IMG/VR virus record: IMGVR_UViG_3300020049_010034
Location: 1-64,000 of that record
DNA length: 64,000 nt
Reading direction: 5' to 3' (one strand)
Source of the DNA: a virus
Taxonomy: Duplodnaviria; Caudoviricetes
Shown: one piece after another, positions 55,819 to 64,000 of the stretch
Layout: each line of letters starts with the position of its first letter
Numbering within the stretch: position 1 is the first letter of the stretch
The notes under the pieces: model-generated
Told to the model about the DNA's origin: nothing
The model's database searches: none
The model's input: the letters and a program-made list of their open reading frames with translations, nothing else
Translations under genes and position numbers: made by a program

Positions 55819-56102
55819 AATTCATCCTTTGCCTGTTCAAGCTTTTTAACAGCCGATTCTATCAAAACTTTTTGACTAAGTAATCGTATCATTGTTTTTT
55901 CAATATCTTCCTTTTTTGCTAATTTTAATTCCCTTGGGTGCAAATAAAGCTCCACTGGATTGGCGGAATCATCCCAAACAACCACATGAACCTTTGAATG
56001 GCCGAATAAAGTTTCCGAAAAACCCTTAACCAAAGCGACACCGTACTCTTTGTAGATGGGGTTTTGTATAACAACGGGCGTTCCTAAATCAACTAAATTC
56101 AT
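55815..56102 (-). CDS. Hypothetical protein
   Basis: 95-aa ORF coupled to dut. Confidence 0.55.
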   Translation of the reverse strand: MNLVDLGTPVVIQNPIYKEYGVALVKGFSETLFGHSKVHVVVWDDSANPVELYLHPRELKLAKKEDIEKTMIRLLSQKVLIESAVKKLEQAKDEL

Positions 56103-56200
56103 ATAAGTCCTTGAAACTATTTGGTTTTAACCAATTCGCACCTTTTAAAAGTGTTTCGGTCTTACTTTAAGGGTATCACGATTAGTTTTAAAAACAAGGC

Positions 56201-56224
56201 AATCTTTGAGAAAGACGATACTAT
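56201..56224 (+). promoter_or_regulatory. Putative late promoter region: AATCTTT (56201-56207) and CGATACTAT (56216-56224)
   Basis: Upstream of the tail module. Confidence 0.45.
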
Positions 56225-56240
56225 ATAGTAAGGAAGATCA

Positions 56241-58229
56241 ATGGATAATAGCGATATAAATATTAAGATTGGGATAGAGGATTCGAACGTCGATCAGGTG
56301 ATTCAGAAAATCCGACAAAAACTATCCAATACTTCCTTTTCAATCAAGGTGGATCCAAGCGTTGGTAACGCTGCTCAGGCAGGCGGTAAGGGTGGTGCTG
56401 CGGGCGGTAACGCTTCAAATTTTGTAACGCAAGTTCGGGAAATGAACGTAAAAGCTACTACCGTTAATATCTGGGCGCAAAATGTAAACCAGAATACAGG
56501 CGGTGGTGGTAGCCCTCCAGTGCCAACAGGTTTGGGTGGCGCTCCTTCTGGCGGTCAAGGCGGTGGTGGCGCGGCTCCAGCAGGTGGAGGCGGATTCCGT
56601 GGATTACCTCTGACTTCAATGCTTGCTACGGGCTTAGGTCTAGCGGCAGGGGCGACAACTCTATTCGGTCAGGCTGAACAACGAGAACTTGCCAAGCGCG
56701 TAACTGCGGAAACCAGCAAAGAATTTTTTAGATTACAAAACCTTCGTGGTGATTTTACAAACCTTGCTTTTGAAAGAGAAAAAGAGGAAGGAAAAGAAAA
56801 AGCACAGGGTAAAGGTACGATGGCTACATCGGATATCTTGTCCGCGCTTTCGATTCCTTTGGCTTTACTTGGCGGCCCTGTGGGTGCTGGCTTAGGTTTA
56901 GGCGTTAGAGCCCTCGGGGTTGGGGCTGGAATTATGGGTGGGGTAAATGCTGCTCCAGCAATCCGTGATTTCGTCACAGGCCAATACAGCGAAGGCTTGG
57001 ACGCAAGATATCAGTCAAATCTTCTAACGACACAGCAAAATGCCATGATGCAGGATCCTGTCAAGAGAGCTGTTATCGAGAGCTTAATGCGTAGTCGTGC
57101 CTCTACCACGGGCGTTTACGAATCTGCTCGTTTCGGATCCTTGCTTGGTAAAAGCGATTTTGAAAAATCTGGTGGGGTTCAAGCCACAGGAATGCTGCTT
57201 GGACAGATGGGGGCTGGAGACGCTCAAAGAACGGCTATCAAAAATCTGGCAGAAGGCGTTAAGCAGGGTATGGATCAAACCCAGAACGCCAAAGAGTTTC
57301 GGCAATTCGTACAGTTGCTAACTCAAGCGCAAGTTACATCGAAGCTTACTGGAGAGGCTCAAGGTGGAGCTACTCAATTTAACGAATTATTTTCGAGAAC
57401 TTTTTCCGACACGAAAACCACTCGCGGCCTAGAGTCTGGAATGGAGGCTCGTGGTATATTTAATCAAATGGCTGGAGAGACAGCGTATCAAGCGGCAACT
57501 TTCGCAGCTTTTAATTCATCCAGCCTTGGTCGAAATTTTAATAAGCAAATCAAAGATCCTACCAAACGACTTAAACTTTTAAACAACATGATGCTTTCCC
57601 GTGAAGAAGGCGAACTTACAGCAACCAACCCTGCCGTTATGGAAGCCGCTCGCATGATGGGGGTTGACCCTACTTCAATCGTCCGCGATTTCGAGGAGTC
57701 TTTTATAAAGGGGTCTTCAGCTTTTAGTGTTGGCGGTTCTAATGTCCAAGATCTTGGTAAGTTTCGAGAGTCCATGGCTGGCGACAAAAAATTTCGCGAG
57801 TTTCTTGGGTCGTCTTCAATAGAGGGTATCGAATCAGGTATAAAAACTGACATAGCCATGGACGTATCTATGAAACGAGGAATAGGAGTTAAAGATTCCG
57901 CGCTCGTCAACTCACTTACTGCCATGACCGATCCTTATACTAGGTCATCATCCAAAGCTTCTAGAGATGAGCAGCAGATAATTGAAATGATGAAAGGTCG
58001 CCAATTTACGGACAAGATGGATACCGCTAAGAACTCGGTTCCAGAAAAACAGCGAGAGGACGAGCAAGGTACTGGCAAACAAGGGTTCGAAGCGACCGAA
58101 GAGGCGGCTTCTAGGTTCGCAAAAGCTCTAGACCTTCTTTCATCAAAAATAGAAGCGATGACTGGAGAGACCTATAATCGAATTCAATCTGAAGACCGCC
58201 AGTCCGCTAGGTTGGGAGCACCTAAATAA
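56241..58229 (+). CDS. Tape-measure-like tail protein
   Basis: Gly/Ala-rich with hydrophobic segments and long helical region; first gene of the baseplate module. Confidence 0.55.
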   Translation: MDNSDINIKIGIEDSNVDQVIQKIRQKLSNTSFSIKVDPSVGNAAQAGGKGGAAGGNASNFVTQVREMNVKATTVNIWAQNVNQNTGGGGSPPVPTGLGGAPSGGQGGGGAAPAGGGGFRGLPLTSMLATGLGLAAGATTLFGQAEQRELAKRVTAETSKEFFRLQNLRGDFTNLAFEREKEEGKEKAQGKGTMATSDILSALSIPLALLGGPVGAGLGLGVRALGVGAGIMGGVNAAPAIRDFVTGQYSEGLDARYQSNLLTTQQNAMMQDPVKRAVIESLMRSRASTTGVYESARFGSLLGKSDFEKSGGVQATGMLLGQMGAGDAQRTAIKNLAEGVKQGMDQTQNAKEFRQFVQLLTQAQVTSKLTGEAQGGATQFNELFSRTFSDTKTTRGLESGMEARGIFNQMAGETAYQAATFAAFNSSSLGRNFNKQIKDPTKRLKLLNNMMLSREEGELTATNPAVMEAARMMGVDPTSIVRDFEESFIKGSSAFSVGGSNVQDLGKFRESMAGDKKFREFLGSSSIEGIESGIKTDIAMDVSMKRGIGVKDSALVNSLTAMTDPYTRSSSKASRDEQQIIEMMKGRQFTDKMDTAKNSVPEKQREDEQGTGKQGFEATEEAASRFAKALDLLSSKIEAMTGETYNRIQSEDRQSARLGAPK

Positions 58230-60154
58230 TGGCTCTAACAAACAACAAACTCGGCAACGCAATCGAAATCAAACCCAACAGTGGAGATAGTCACCAAACC
58301 TCTCCTGCTTGGATGCTGACAGTCTTATCTTTTCAAAACCCAGCCACAAACGAGCCTTTAGCGAGAGAAGTTGAGACCGCTCCCGTGGGGATCAAAAACG
58401 AAAAGCCAAGTTGGCCTAGTCAAAGTCTCACTAACGCTACTGAAACGAAAGATCCTTTAATCATTACCTCGGACTGTATATCTCTTTCGGTCGAGGGAGA
58501 TAAAGGAAACCCTTTAGGCAGCTTTTCAGCCACTCTGGTTGGCGGTCGCTACAATTATATGGCTCGTATCAATAATGGCGATTACGTTATCGTAAATATC
58601 AAAGATTACGAAGACGGTATTTTCAATCAAACCGATAATGACAGCCTGTACAACAGAGCTTCGAACGGACAGGCTATCAATCGAGCTGGGGATGGTTTTA
58701 AAGGAGTTTATAAAATCACAAGTGTTCGGGAGCAAGTGTCAAGCCTTCCAAATGGCGGCCAAAGAGTTATCTATCAGGTTCGGGGGCAAAGCTTCACGGA
58801 ATTCAATAACGTGATATATTTTAATCCCTATATCGCAAACAGTTTAAAAGTGGCCAGCACTCTTTTTTATATGTTTAACATATCCGAAACTTGGCAAAAC
58901 AAAGTCGGAATCGCCCTAGATCTACAATCAATAGTATCCCAACTACTTGAGGTTATTTTAGGCAAAGGGCCTAGACTAAAAAACGCTCTCGAAGAACTAA
59001 AAAAAGCCAACAAAGGGGTCGCTAAAGAGGCTATACCAAGTCTGGCCGCCTCTCCAAACGGACAGTTTAAGATTCCGAAAGGGCTAGGCGCATTGCTTAA
59101 CTTTCCAAGTGTTACTAATTTTAACGAGCTGTATCGAATGATGCTTGGAATTCAAACGTACAGAACGCGAAATCTAAAGGCTGATGGTAAAATTGATCAG
59201 GGTAGTTATCAGCCAGAAAATTTGCAGCCTTCTGAAAACAACTACTACCAAACCGATAATCCAATTACTGGACGGACTACAATCAGGCCAGAGTATTGGA
59301 ATCAATCTACTGGCTGGTCGATCTTAACTTCCTACGCAAACCCCCCTGTAAATGAAATGTTTACGACCTTTAGGCTCTCTCCAGAAGGTCACGTCATGCC
59401 GTTCTTCGTGTTTAGGCAGATACCGTTCAGTTCAAATGGTTTCGTTAAACGTAACGGTCGCGGAACCAGATTTCTATCGTTACCACGCTGGAAAGTTGAC
59501 CCTTCGATGGTGTATGACGCAAGCTTTGGGCGCGAAGACAACGCTCGTTTTAATTTTGTTCAAGTGTTTGGACTGCCCTTCGGCTGGGTTCCAAAATCAC
59601 AACAATTAAACGTAGCCTATCAGACTGCTAATAACTCCAACTTAGCTTCCGATCCAGCAGATATTGCTCGTTCTGGACTTAGACCTTATGTATTGCATAA
59701 CTCTCTAGATTTCCCAAACGAGAACGCTCAAGGCGGCTCTATCTTTAAAACGCCATACTGGGCTAAACTTTTAGGAGACGCTTTGATCGGCGGCCACATG
59801 AAGTTAAATGGAATGATTGCCTGTGCTGGTTTGGAAGAGGATATTGCGGTTGGCGACAATTTAGAGTACAACGGTATTGTATTCCATATCGAAGGAATCC
59901 GTCACGAATGTAAAGTGGAGGCTAATGGTGGTAAAAGTTTTACAACCGTGCTAAAGCTTACTCATGGAGTGGACGCTACCGAAAACAACAATTTCACCGT
60001 TTACGGCCAGACTATAAATAATCTGTATTCGGAAGAATCGAACGTAGACCCTTCTCTTCCAAAAATAACCTCTGAGGGAGATGTGTCCGAACTTCAACGA
60101 AGCTTAGATTCAAAGTCAGTTGAAGCGTTTAATATCAGTCGGGGTAGCGCATAA
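58229..60154 (+). CDS. Baseplate hub-like protein
   Basis: GSFSATL, VRGQSF, C-terminal DIAVGDNL...FHIEGIRH...FTTVLKLTHG typical of hub proteins. Confidence 0.65.
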   Translation: MALTNNKLGNAIEIKPNSGDSHQTSPAWMLTVLSFQNPATNEPLAREVETAPVGIKNEKPSWPSQSLTNATETKDPLIITSDCISLSVEGDKGNPLGSFSATLVGGRYNYMARINNGDYVIVNIKDYEDGIFNQTDNDSLYNRASNGQAINRAGDGFKGVYKITSVREQVSSLPNGGQRVIYQVRGQSFTEFNNVIYFNPYIANSLKVASTLFYMFNISETWQNKVGIALDLQSIVSQLLEVILGKGPRLKNALEELKKANKGVAKEAIPSLAASPNGQFKIPKGLGALLNFPSVTNFNELYRMMLGIQTYRTRNLKADGKIDQGSYQPENLQPSENNYYQTDNPITGRTTIRPEYWNQSTGWSILTSYANPPVNEMFTTFRLSPEGHVMPFFVFRQIPFSSNGFVKRNGRGTRFLSLPRWKVDPSMVYDASFGREDNARFNFVQVFGLPFGWVPKSQQLNVAYQTANNSNLASDPADIARSGLRPYVLHNSLDFPNENAQGGSIFKTPYWAKLLGDALIGGHMKLNGMIACAGLEEDIAVGDNLEYNGIVFHIEGIRHECKVEANGGKSFTTVLKLTHGVDATENNNFTVYGQTINNLYSEESNVDPSLPKITSEGDVSELQRSLDSKSVEAFNISRGSA

Positions 60155-61179
60155 TGATTATCAATAGCTCCCTTTATAAAATCGATACTCAGTCTTCTCA
60201 AACCGCTTTCAATAAAACGTATGAGAACTATGCCTTGCGTGTCGGGATTATCACCAAATCTATCCCTCCCACAAGCGAGAGATCTATTTCAAAACTATAT
60301 CAAGAATACGATGTTCTCGTATACGAACAAAATGGAAATACTGGCGGTGCGCCATCCGTTTACCGTAACTGCACTGGGGCTCAGAGCTTTGGATCAATCG
60401 CCGACTATCTTGAGTATACATACCGACCTCAGACCAAAGCTTTTGATGGCGGAAACAAGATCGACGCTTTGAATCAAGATGGAGCTTTGGTTCTAATGCT
60501 GTGTGTGAATGGACAAGGCGATCGCGGTATCATTATCGCAGCTTTAAATCATCCAAACCGAGATCCCAAAGTAACCGACGAGATTGGTTTAGCTTTCGAA
60601 TACAACGGGCTTGCTGCCGCAATTGACGCCGCTGGCGCATTTAAAATTACGTTCAAAGGCGCTACGGATTCGATGGGCTTGCCGATTGACAAAGAGCTTG
60701 GAGAGACCACCTTATCAGTTGAAAAAGATGGCTCCGTTCAGTTTCAGCATAAAGGAATTACCTTTAGGCTCGATAAAACTGGGAAAGTTGTACTGGCCGC
60801 TGAGGGGCAAGTGGAGATCACTGGCTCAAAAGGGGCTACGATTAATTTTAAAGAAAGCGTTTCGCTTAAAACCGAGGGAAATCTTTCTTTGGATATCAAA
60901 GACTTGCTTGCAAAAGCCAGCGGATCTGCTACTCTTGAATTTCAGTCCCTGTCTATGAAAGGTCAGCAGGTTGAGTTAAAAGCTAATACGATAGACGTAA
61001 GAGGACAGCTTGTTAATATCAAGGGGTCTCAGATCACAACTGATGGACTTAATTTTTTAGGTGGTGTGGGTGGTTTTCCAGTATTGGTCGCGACAACAGT
61101 TATGATTGGAACTTGTGCGGTAGGGCCTGTGGTATCGTTTGCGGTCGGCCCTTACGCGACAAAAGTCTTTGCGAGGTGA
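60154..61179 (+). CDS. Baseplate central spike (gpV/gp5-like)
   Basis: OB-fold-like N-terminus (GALVLMLCVNGQGDRGIII) followed by beta-helix-like repeats. Confidence 0.65.
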   Translation: MIINSSLYKIDTQSSQTAFNKTYENYALRVGIITKSIPPTSERSISKLYQEYDVLVYEQNGNTGGAPSVYRNCTGAQSFGSIADYLEYTYRPQTKAFDGGNKIDALNQDGALVLMLCVNGQGDRGIIIAALNHPNRDPKVTDEIGLAFEYNGLAAAIDAAGAFKITFKGATDSMGLPIDKELGETTLSVEKDGSVQFQHKGITFRLDKTGKVVLAAEGQVEITGSKGATINFKESVSLKTEGNLSLDIKDLLAKASGSATLEFQSLSMKGQQVELKANTIDVRGQLVNIKGSQITTDGLNFLGGVGGFPVLVATTVMIGTCAVGPVVSFAVGPYATKVFAR

Positions 61180-61181
61180 TT

Positions 61182-61400
61182 ATGCAAAAAGAAAAGAAAG
61201 CTTTTTACGTCTGCTCTGGTGGCATCATGTCGATTGTTAATGGTACTTACATTGTTGACGAAACAACAGCTAAGAGCCTGTATCAGCAAGCTATGCAGGC
61301 TGGCGCTGAAGTTTATCGAACGCCAAAGAATCTGCTTGAAATGTCAGACGCCATGGATTTCATGCACCATACACAAATCCTTCCCTATCAGGTACATTAA
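61182..61400 (+). CDS. Small hypothetical protein (likely start MQKEKK)
   Basis: GAGGTG Shine-Dalgarno upstream of ATG 61182. Confidence 0.5.
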   Translation: MQKEKKAFYVCSGGIMSIVNGTYIVDETTAKSLYQQAMQAGAEVYRTPKNLLEMSDAMDFMHHTQILPYQVH

Positions 61401-62828
61401 ATGCCATTAAACCCAACCGATCGCCGTATTATTTCAAAAACAATCGTTGAAGCCGAGCTTCGCAAAGCCGAGATTGATTTGGCGATTACGTCTCTTCAAG
61501 CGGCGCTAGTGGATGCTCAGGCAAAAGACGACGCCAACAAAAACATTATTGACAACAATAACTTGCAAGGGTTGCTCGCCGAGTACGGATTGCTGTCGGG
61601 CAACTTGAAAGTTTCGCTTACACCTTCAGAGTTAGAGGATGCCATACAAGCTTCTGCCAGCCTATCCCAATCAACTGGATCGAATACCTCTGGAAATTTA
61701 TTTTACCCAAACAATCCACTGGTTAGTCCTCCGTCCGTGTGGACTAAGTTAGTCCCTTACGCTGCCGTTTTAAGTGGGAATCAATTCTCTGGATCCGCTG
61801 TCACTCCCGTGACTGGCGAGATATCTCAATTAAATACATTGATATCAACTATTACGAGTTTGATCACCGACTATTTTCCAGTGGAGCGAGGAACTGGCGA
61901 GCGAGCAAGCGAGGGCGGAACCTGTTCTTTGATATCAAACCCTCCGATCTTGGGGTCTGGGATTCCTGTCGTTGGGGCTATCACAAACGCTACCTGTACT
62001 GCTGGCGGTGGTGTTTGGAGTGCTGGCTCTGACAGCGTATTCGCAGCTCCTGATATCGTTGCCCGTGAGACGATCATAACTAACGCCATTACGGCTTTAG
62101 ATACCTACCTGAATAACTATGCTGCACTAGATTACACGAACGCGCCTGAGCCTCCTACGGCTGCTAGTAACGTCGCTGCCGCCGCATCAGTCACCACTTT
62201 GAAAAACGCCATTGCGACTTGGCTTGCAGCACCTGTGCCAACACCAAGTTTGGCCGTGACAGCTGCGGCCTTTTATGCTTTGAACCCAAACAACCGTTTT
62301 ACTGGTGACCTATTCACTGGAACTCTTGGGACTTTGCTGGTAGCTTTACAGACAAGACTTGCGCTCATATCCCCAAGAGCGACCCAGCTTCTAAACGCTT
62401 TAGGAACCTTGACGCAAAACTTAAGCACTGGGGCTGTCTCAGGGTCTGGCTATCTGCTCAGTCGATATCTTTACGTCAACCTTCGGGTCGGCTTAATGGG
62501 CGGATCGGTAATTGCTTTAAACGGAATTAATCGAGCTATCCAAGGTCAGAACGACTTAAAAGCTGCAATCGATTCTGAGAAATTAGTCTACCAAACCCTA
62601 ATGGACTGCTCGGCATTGGTAGCTCCAGCAAACGGAACTCAATACCTAAGTGTCAGAGATGCCACGGGTTTTACCGCTGGCCAGACTGTAACCCTGATAG
62701 CCGATCAAATGCCAGAGGCTTTACTTACGATCGACCAGATCGTTGGTAATCGTATTCGGTTTACGACCGAAACTCCCAAATTCTACTTCACAGATCAGTT
62801 CGCAAGAATTTTTTTCGATAAAACATAG
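61401..62828 (+). CDS. Putative virion structural protein
   Basis: 475 aa, A/T/G/S-rich, in baseplate module. Confidence 0.55.
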   Translation: MPLNPTDRRIISKTIVEAELRKAEIDLAITSLQAALVDAQAKDDANKNIIDNNNLQGLLAEYGLLSGNLKVSLTPSELEDAIQASASLSQSTGSNTSGNLFYPNNPLVSPPSVWTKLVPYAAVLSGNQFSGSAVTPVTGEISQLNTLISTITSLITDYFPVERGTGERASEGGTCSLISNPPILGSGIPVVGAITNATCTAGGGVWSAGSDSVFAAPDIVARETIITNAITALDTYLNNYAALDYTNAPEPPTAASNVAAAASVTTLKNAIATWLAAPVPTPSLAVTAAAFYALNPNNRFTGDLFTGTLGTLLVALQTRLALISPRATQLLNALGTLTQNLSTGAVSGSGYLLSRYLYVNLRVGLMGGSVIALNGINRAIQGQNDLKAAIDSEKLVYQTLMDCSALVAPANGTQYLSVRDATGFTAGQTVTLIADQMPEALLTIDQIVGNRIRFTTETPKFYFTDQFARIFFDKT

Positions 62829-62868
62829 ACTTCTCACATTTAATACGATAATCTAATCTTTAGAAGAG

Positions 62869-63129
62869 GTGCGTATGCCTGAACTCGAAAGACTGATCAA
62901 CATCCGTGTAATGGCTCATTTCGATTATATGTATCCAAGAATTTCATCTGTCAAAAAACAGAAAGACTTTCTTCGTGCAGCACAAGATTACTGGGGTGGT
63001 AAAGAAACTCACGGTAGGCTTGGCGAAGGATATCTACTGTTTGAAGATATGGTGGATGAAGTTTATATGAAAACGATTCGTCGGTTTGGTGGCTTTGGCG
63101 GTGACATTCACTCGCTTTACGACACCTGA
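62869..63129 (+). CDS. Small hypothetical protein
   Basis: Preceded by TAGACT-N17-TAATCT and AATCTTT; GAGGT Shine-Dalgarno favours the MPELER start. Confidence 0.55.
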   Translation: MRMPELERLINIRVMAHFDYMYPRISSVKKQKDFLRAAQDYWGGKETHGRLGEGYLLFEDMVDEVYMKTIRRFGGFGGDIHSLYDT

Positions 63130-63136
63130 TCAAAGT

Positions 63137-63215
63137 GGCCTCGTAGCTCAGAGGTAGAGCGTTGCAAGCTAAGCTCTTGCAAAGGTCACTTGTTCGAATC
63201 AAGTCGAGGCTGCCA
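63137..63215 (+). tRNA. Atypical tRNA with 7-bp anticodon stem, nominal anticodon AAG, encoded CCA
   Basis: Acceptor GGCCTCG/CGAGGCT, D arm GCTC-AGAGGTA-GAGC, anticodon arm TTGCAAG-CTAAGCT-CTTGCAA, variable loop AGGTC, T arm ACTTG-TTCGAAT-CAAGT, 3' G-CCA. Confidence 0.85.
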
Positions 63216-63229
63216 ATTGAAAGGAAAAG

Positions 63230-64000
63230 ATGGTAAAACAGAGAATCGGACTAGCATATGCAAAATTTTGTTTCAAATACAAACGCTTCCCTAGCCGAGC
63301 AGATTTAAAAACTATTGGCTTTAGCCGAGACCAAGTTCGGGGTCAGTTTGGTAACTACGAAAACCTACGCCTGTTTGCCAAAGAAAATTGGCCTGATATG
63401 CTTGACGGTCTGCTTGATCCATCTCTGTTTGAAGATAAAGCCCATCTGGACTTAGTTAGCCGCACTAAAAAGTTCAAGCGATTTGTAGTAACCTCCGCCG
63501 TAGCTGGGGCTCCAGCTCACAAAGGTTTCTTAAACTCTCTTAAAAATTACTGTCGGGTCAATAAAGCGATGCTTTTAGTTATCCCTGCTAACTACGCTCT
63601 TTACGATCTTGACCACGACTTAGTAAACGACCCAGAGGTTAGTGTGCTTTTTAAGCCCCTGTCTTTAAACCAAAACATCGTGATCGATCCAATTAAGATT
63701 GACCCTAAGCAAGTGGATCCCGTGGTTGGTTTAGATATTATCGGCAAAAAAAGAGAAGGCACTATTATTGTAGGATCTCCAAAGCAAAGACGCGTTGCCA
63801 TCGCAAACTCGAACGAAAAGATGGCTCGTATGATTCAGTCCACGGGAGCTGTAACAAAGCCTCGCTATGTGCCGTCAGACGGCATCATGAAGCGTCGAGA
63901 TCGTTTAGCTGACGAGCAGCACGTTATGGGTGCGGTCGTGATCGAAATCGCCGACAAGAAACTATTCCACTTCCGCAATATCGAAATGGGTACTGGCGGA
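63230..64000 (+). CDS. T5 A1-like protein (partial, runs off window end)
   Basis: Not in the track; hand translation from ATG 63230 gives RFVVTSAVAGAPAHKGFLNSLKNYC, IIVGSPKQ, STGAVTKPRY and HVMGAVVIEI, which resemble the T5 A1 family N-terminal half. Confidence 0.7.
   Translation, partial: MVKQRIGLAYAKFCFKYKRFPSRADLKTIGFSRDQVRGQFGNYENLRLFAKENWPDMLDGLLDPSLFEDKAHLDLVSRTKKFKRFVVTSAVAGAPAHKGFLNSLKNYCRVNKAMLLVIPANYALYDLDHDLVNDPEVSVLFKPLSLNQNIVIDPIKIDPKQVDPVVGLDIIGKKREGTIIVGSPKQRRVAIANSNEKMARMIQSTGAVTKPRYVPSDGIMKRRDRLADEQHVMGAVVIEIADKKLFHFRNIEMGTGG

Noticed and set aside
63160-63185. Reading the tRNA as an amber (CTA) suppressor or a TAA-anticodon tRNA
   Set aside because: Neither triplet is centred in a symmetrical loop or preceded by U33; the best-paired structure centres AAG.
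1-64000. Alternative genetic code (stop-codon reassignment)
   Set aside because: Core genes are full length in the standard code, and TAA, TAG and TGA all end genes at expected positions.
1-64000. CRISPR array, integrase/att site or IS element
   Set aside because: No regularly spaced repeats, recombinase or transposase motifs were found by eye.

Overview
This window is 64 kb of a large, apparently lytic tailed bacteriophage read in the standard genetic code. A baseplate hub/spike-like module suggests a contractile tail. No integrase, CRISPR array or rRNA is visible. Layout: (1) 1-7654, minus strand: head morphogenesis (gpF-like minor head protein, portal, terminase large subunit) coupled to a GroEL-like chaperonin. 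(2) 7716-13435: SF2 helicase, a sigma70-family factor, a GroES-like protein, an Mre11/SbcD nuclease and a secreted trypsin-like protease. (3) 13428-20502, minus: ThyX, class II RNR (NrdJ) followed by a C-terminal fragment of a class I NrdA, RuvC and Rad50/SbcC. (4) 20532-34592: replisome/recombination (DnaQ-like exonuclease, DnaE, gp32-like SSB, RecA/UvsX, DnaB-like helicase, primase) and ClpP. (5) 34589-43248: small accessory genes, a PLP aminotransferase, a cold-shock protein, a PcfJ-like protein and a thioredoxin. (6) 43399-52050, minus: tail fibre genes interleaved with HNH and GIY-YIG homing endonucleases. (7) 52128-56102: membrane/secreted proteins and dUTPase. (8) 56241-64000: tape-measure/baseplate genes, an atypical tRNA and a T5 A1-like gene. 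The strongest candidate for an undescribed system is transcriptional: the sigma factor stops just before region 4.2, a separate 76-aa gene 12 kb away encodes a lone region-4.2-like HTH, and intergenic regions repeatedly carry TGATACTAT-like and AATCTTT motifs. Other notable items are a GroEL plus GroES-like pair, an intact NrdA C-terminal mini-ORF behind nrdJ, a tRNA with a 7-bp anticodon stem and a TAA1/alliinase-like aminotransferase. All family calls come from motif recognition by eye; no searches were run.
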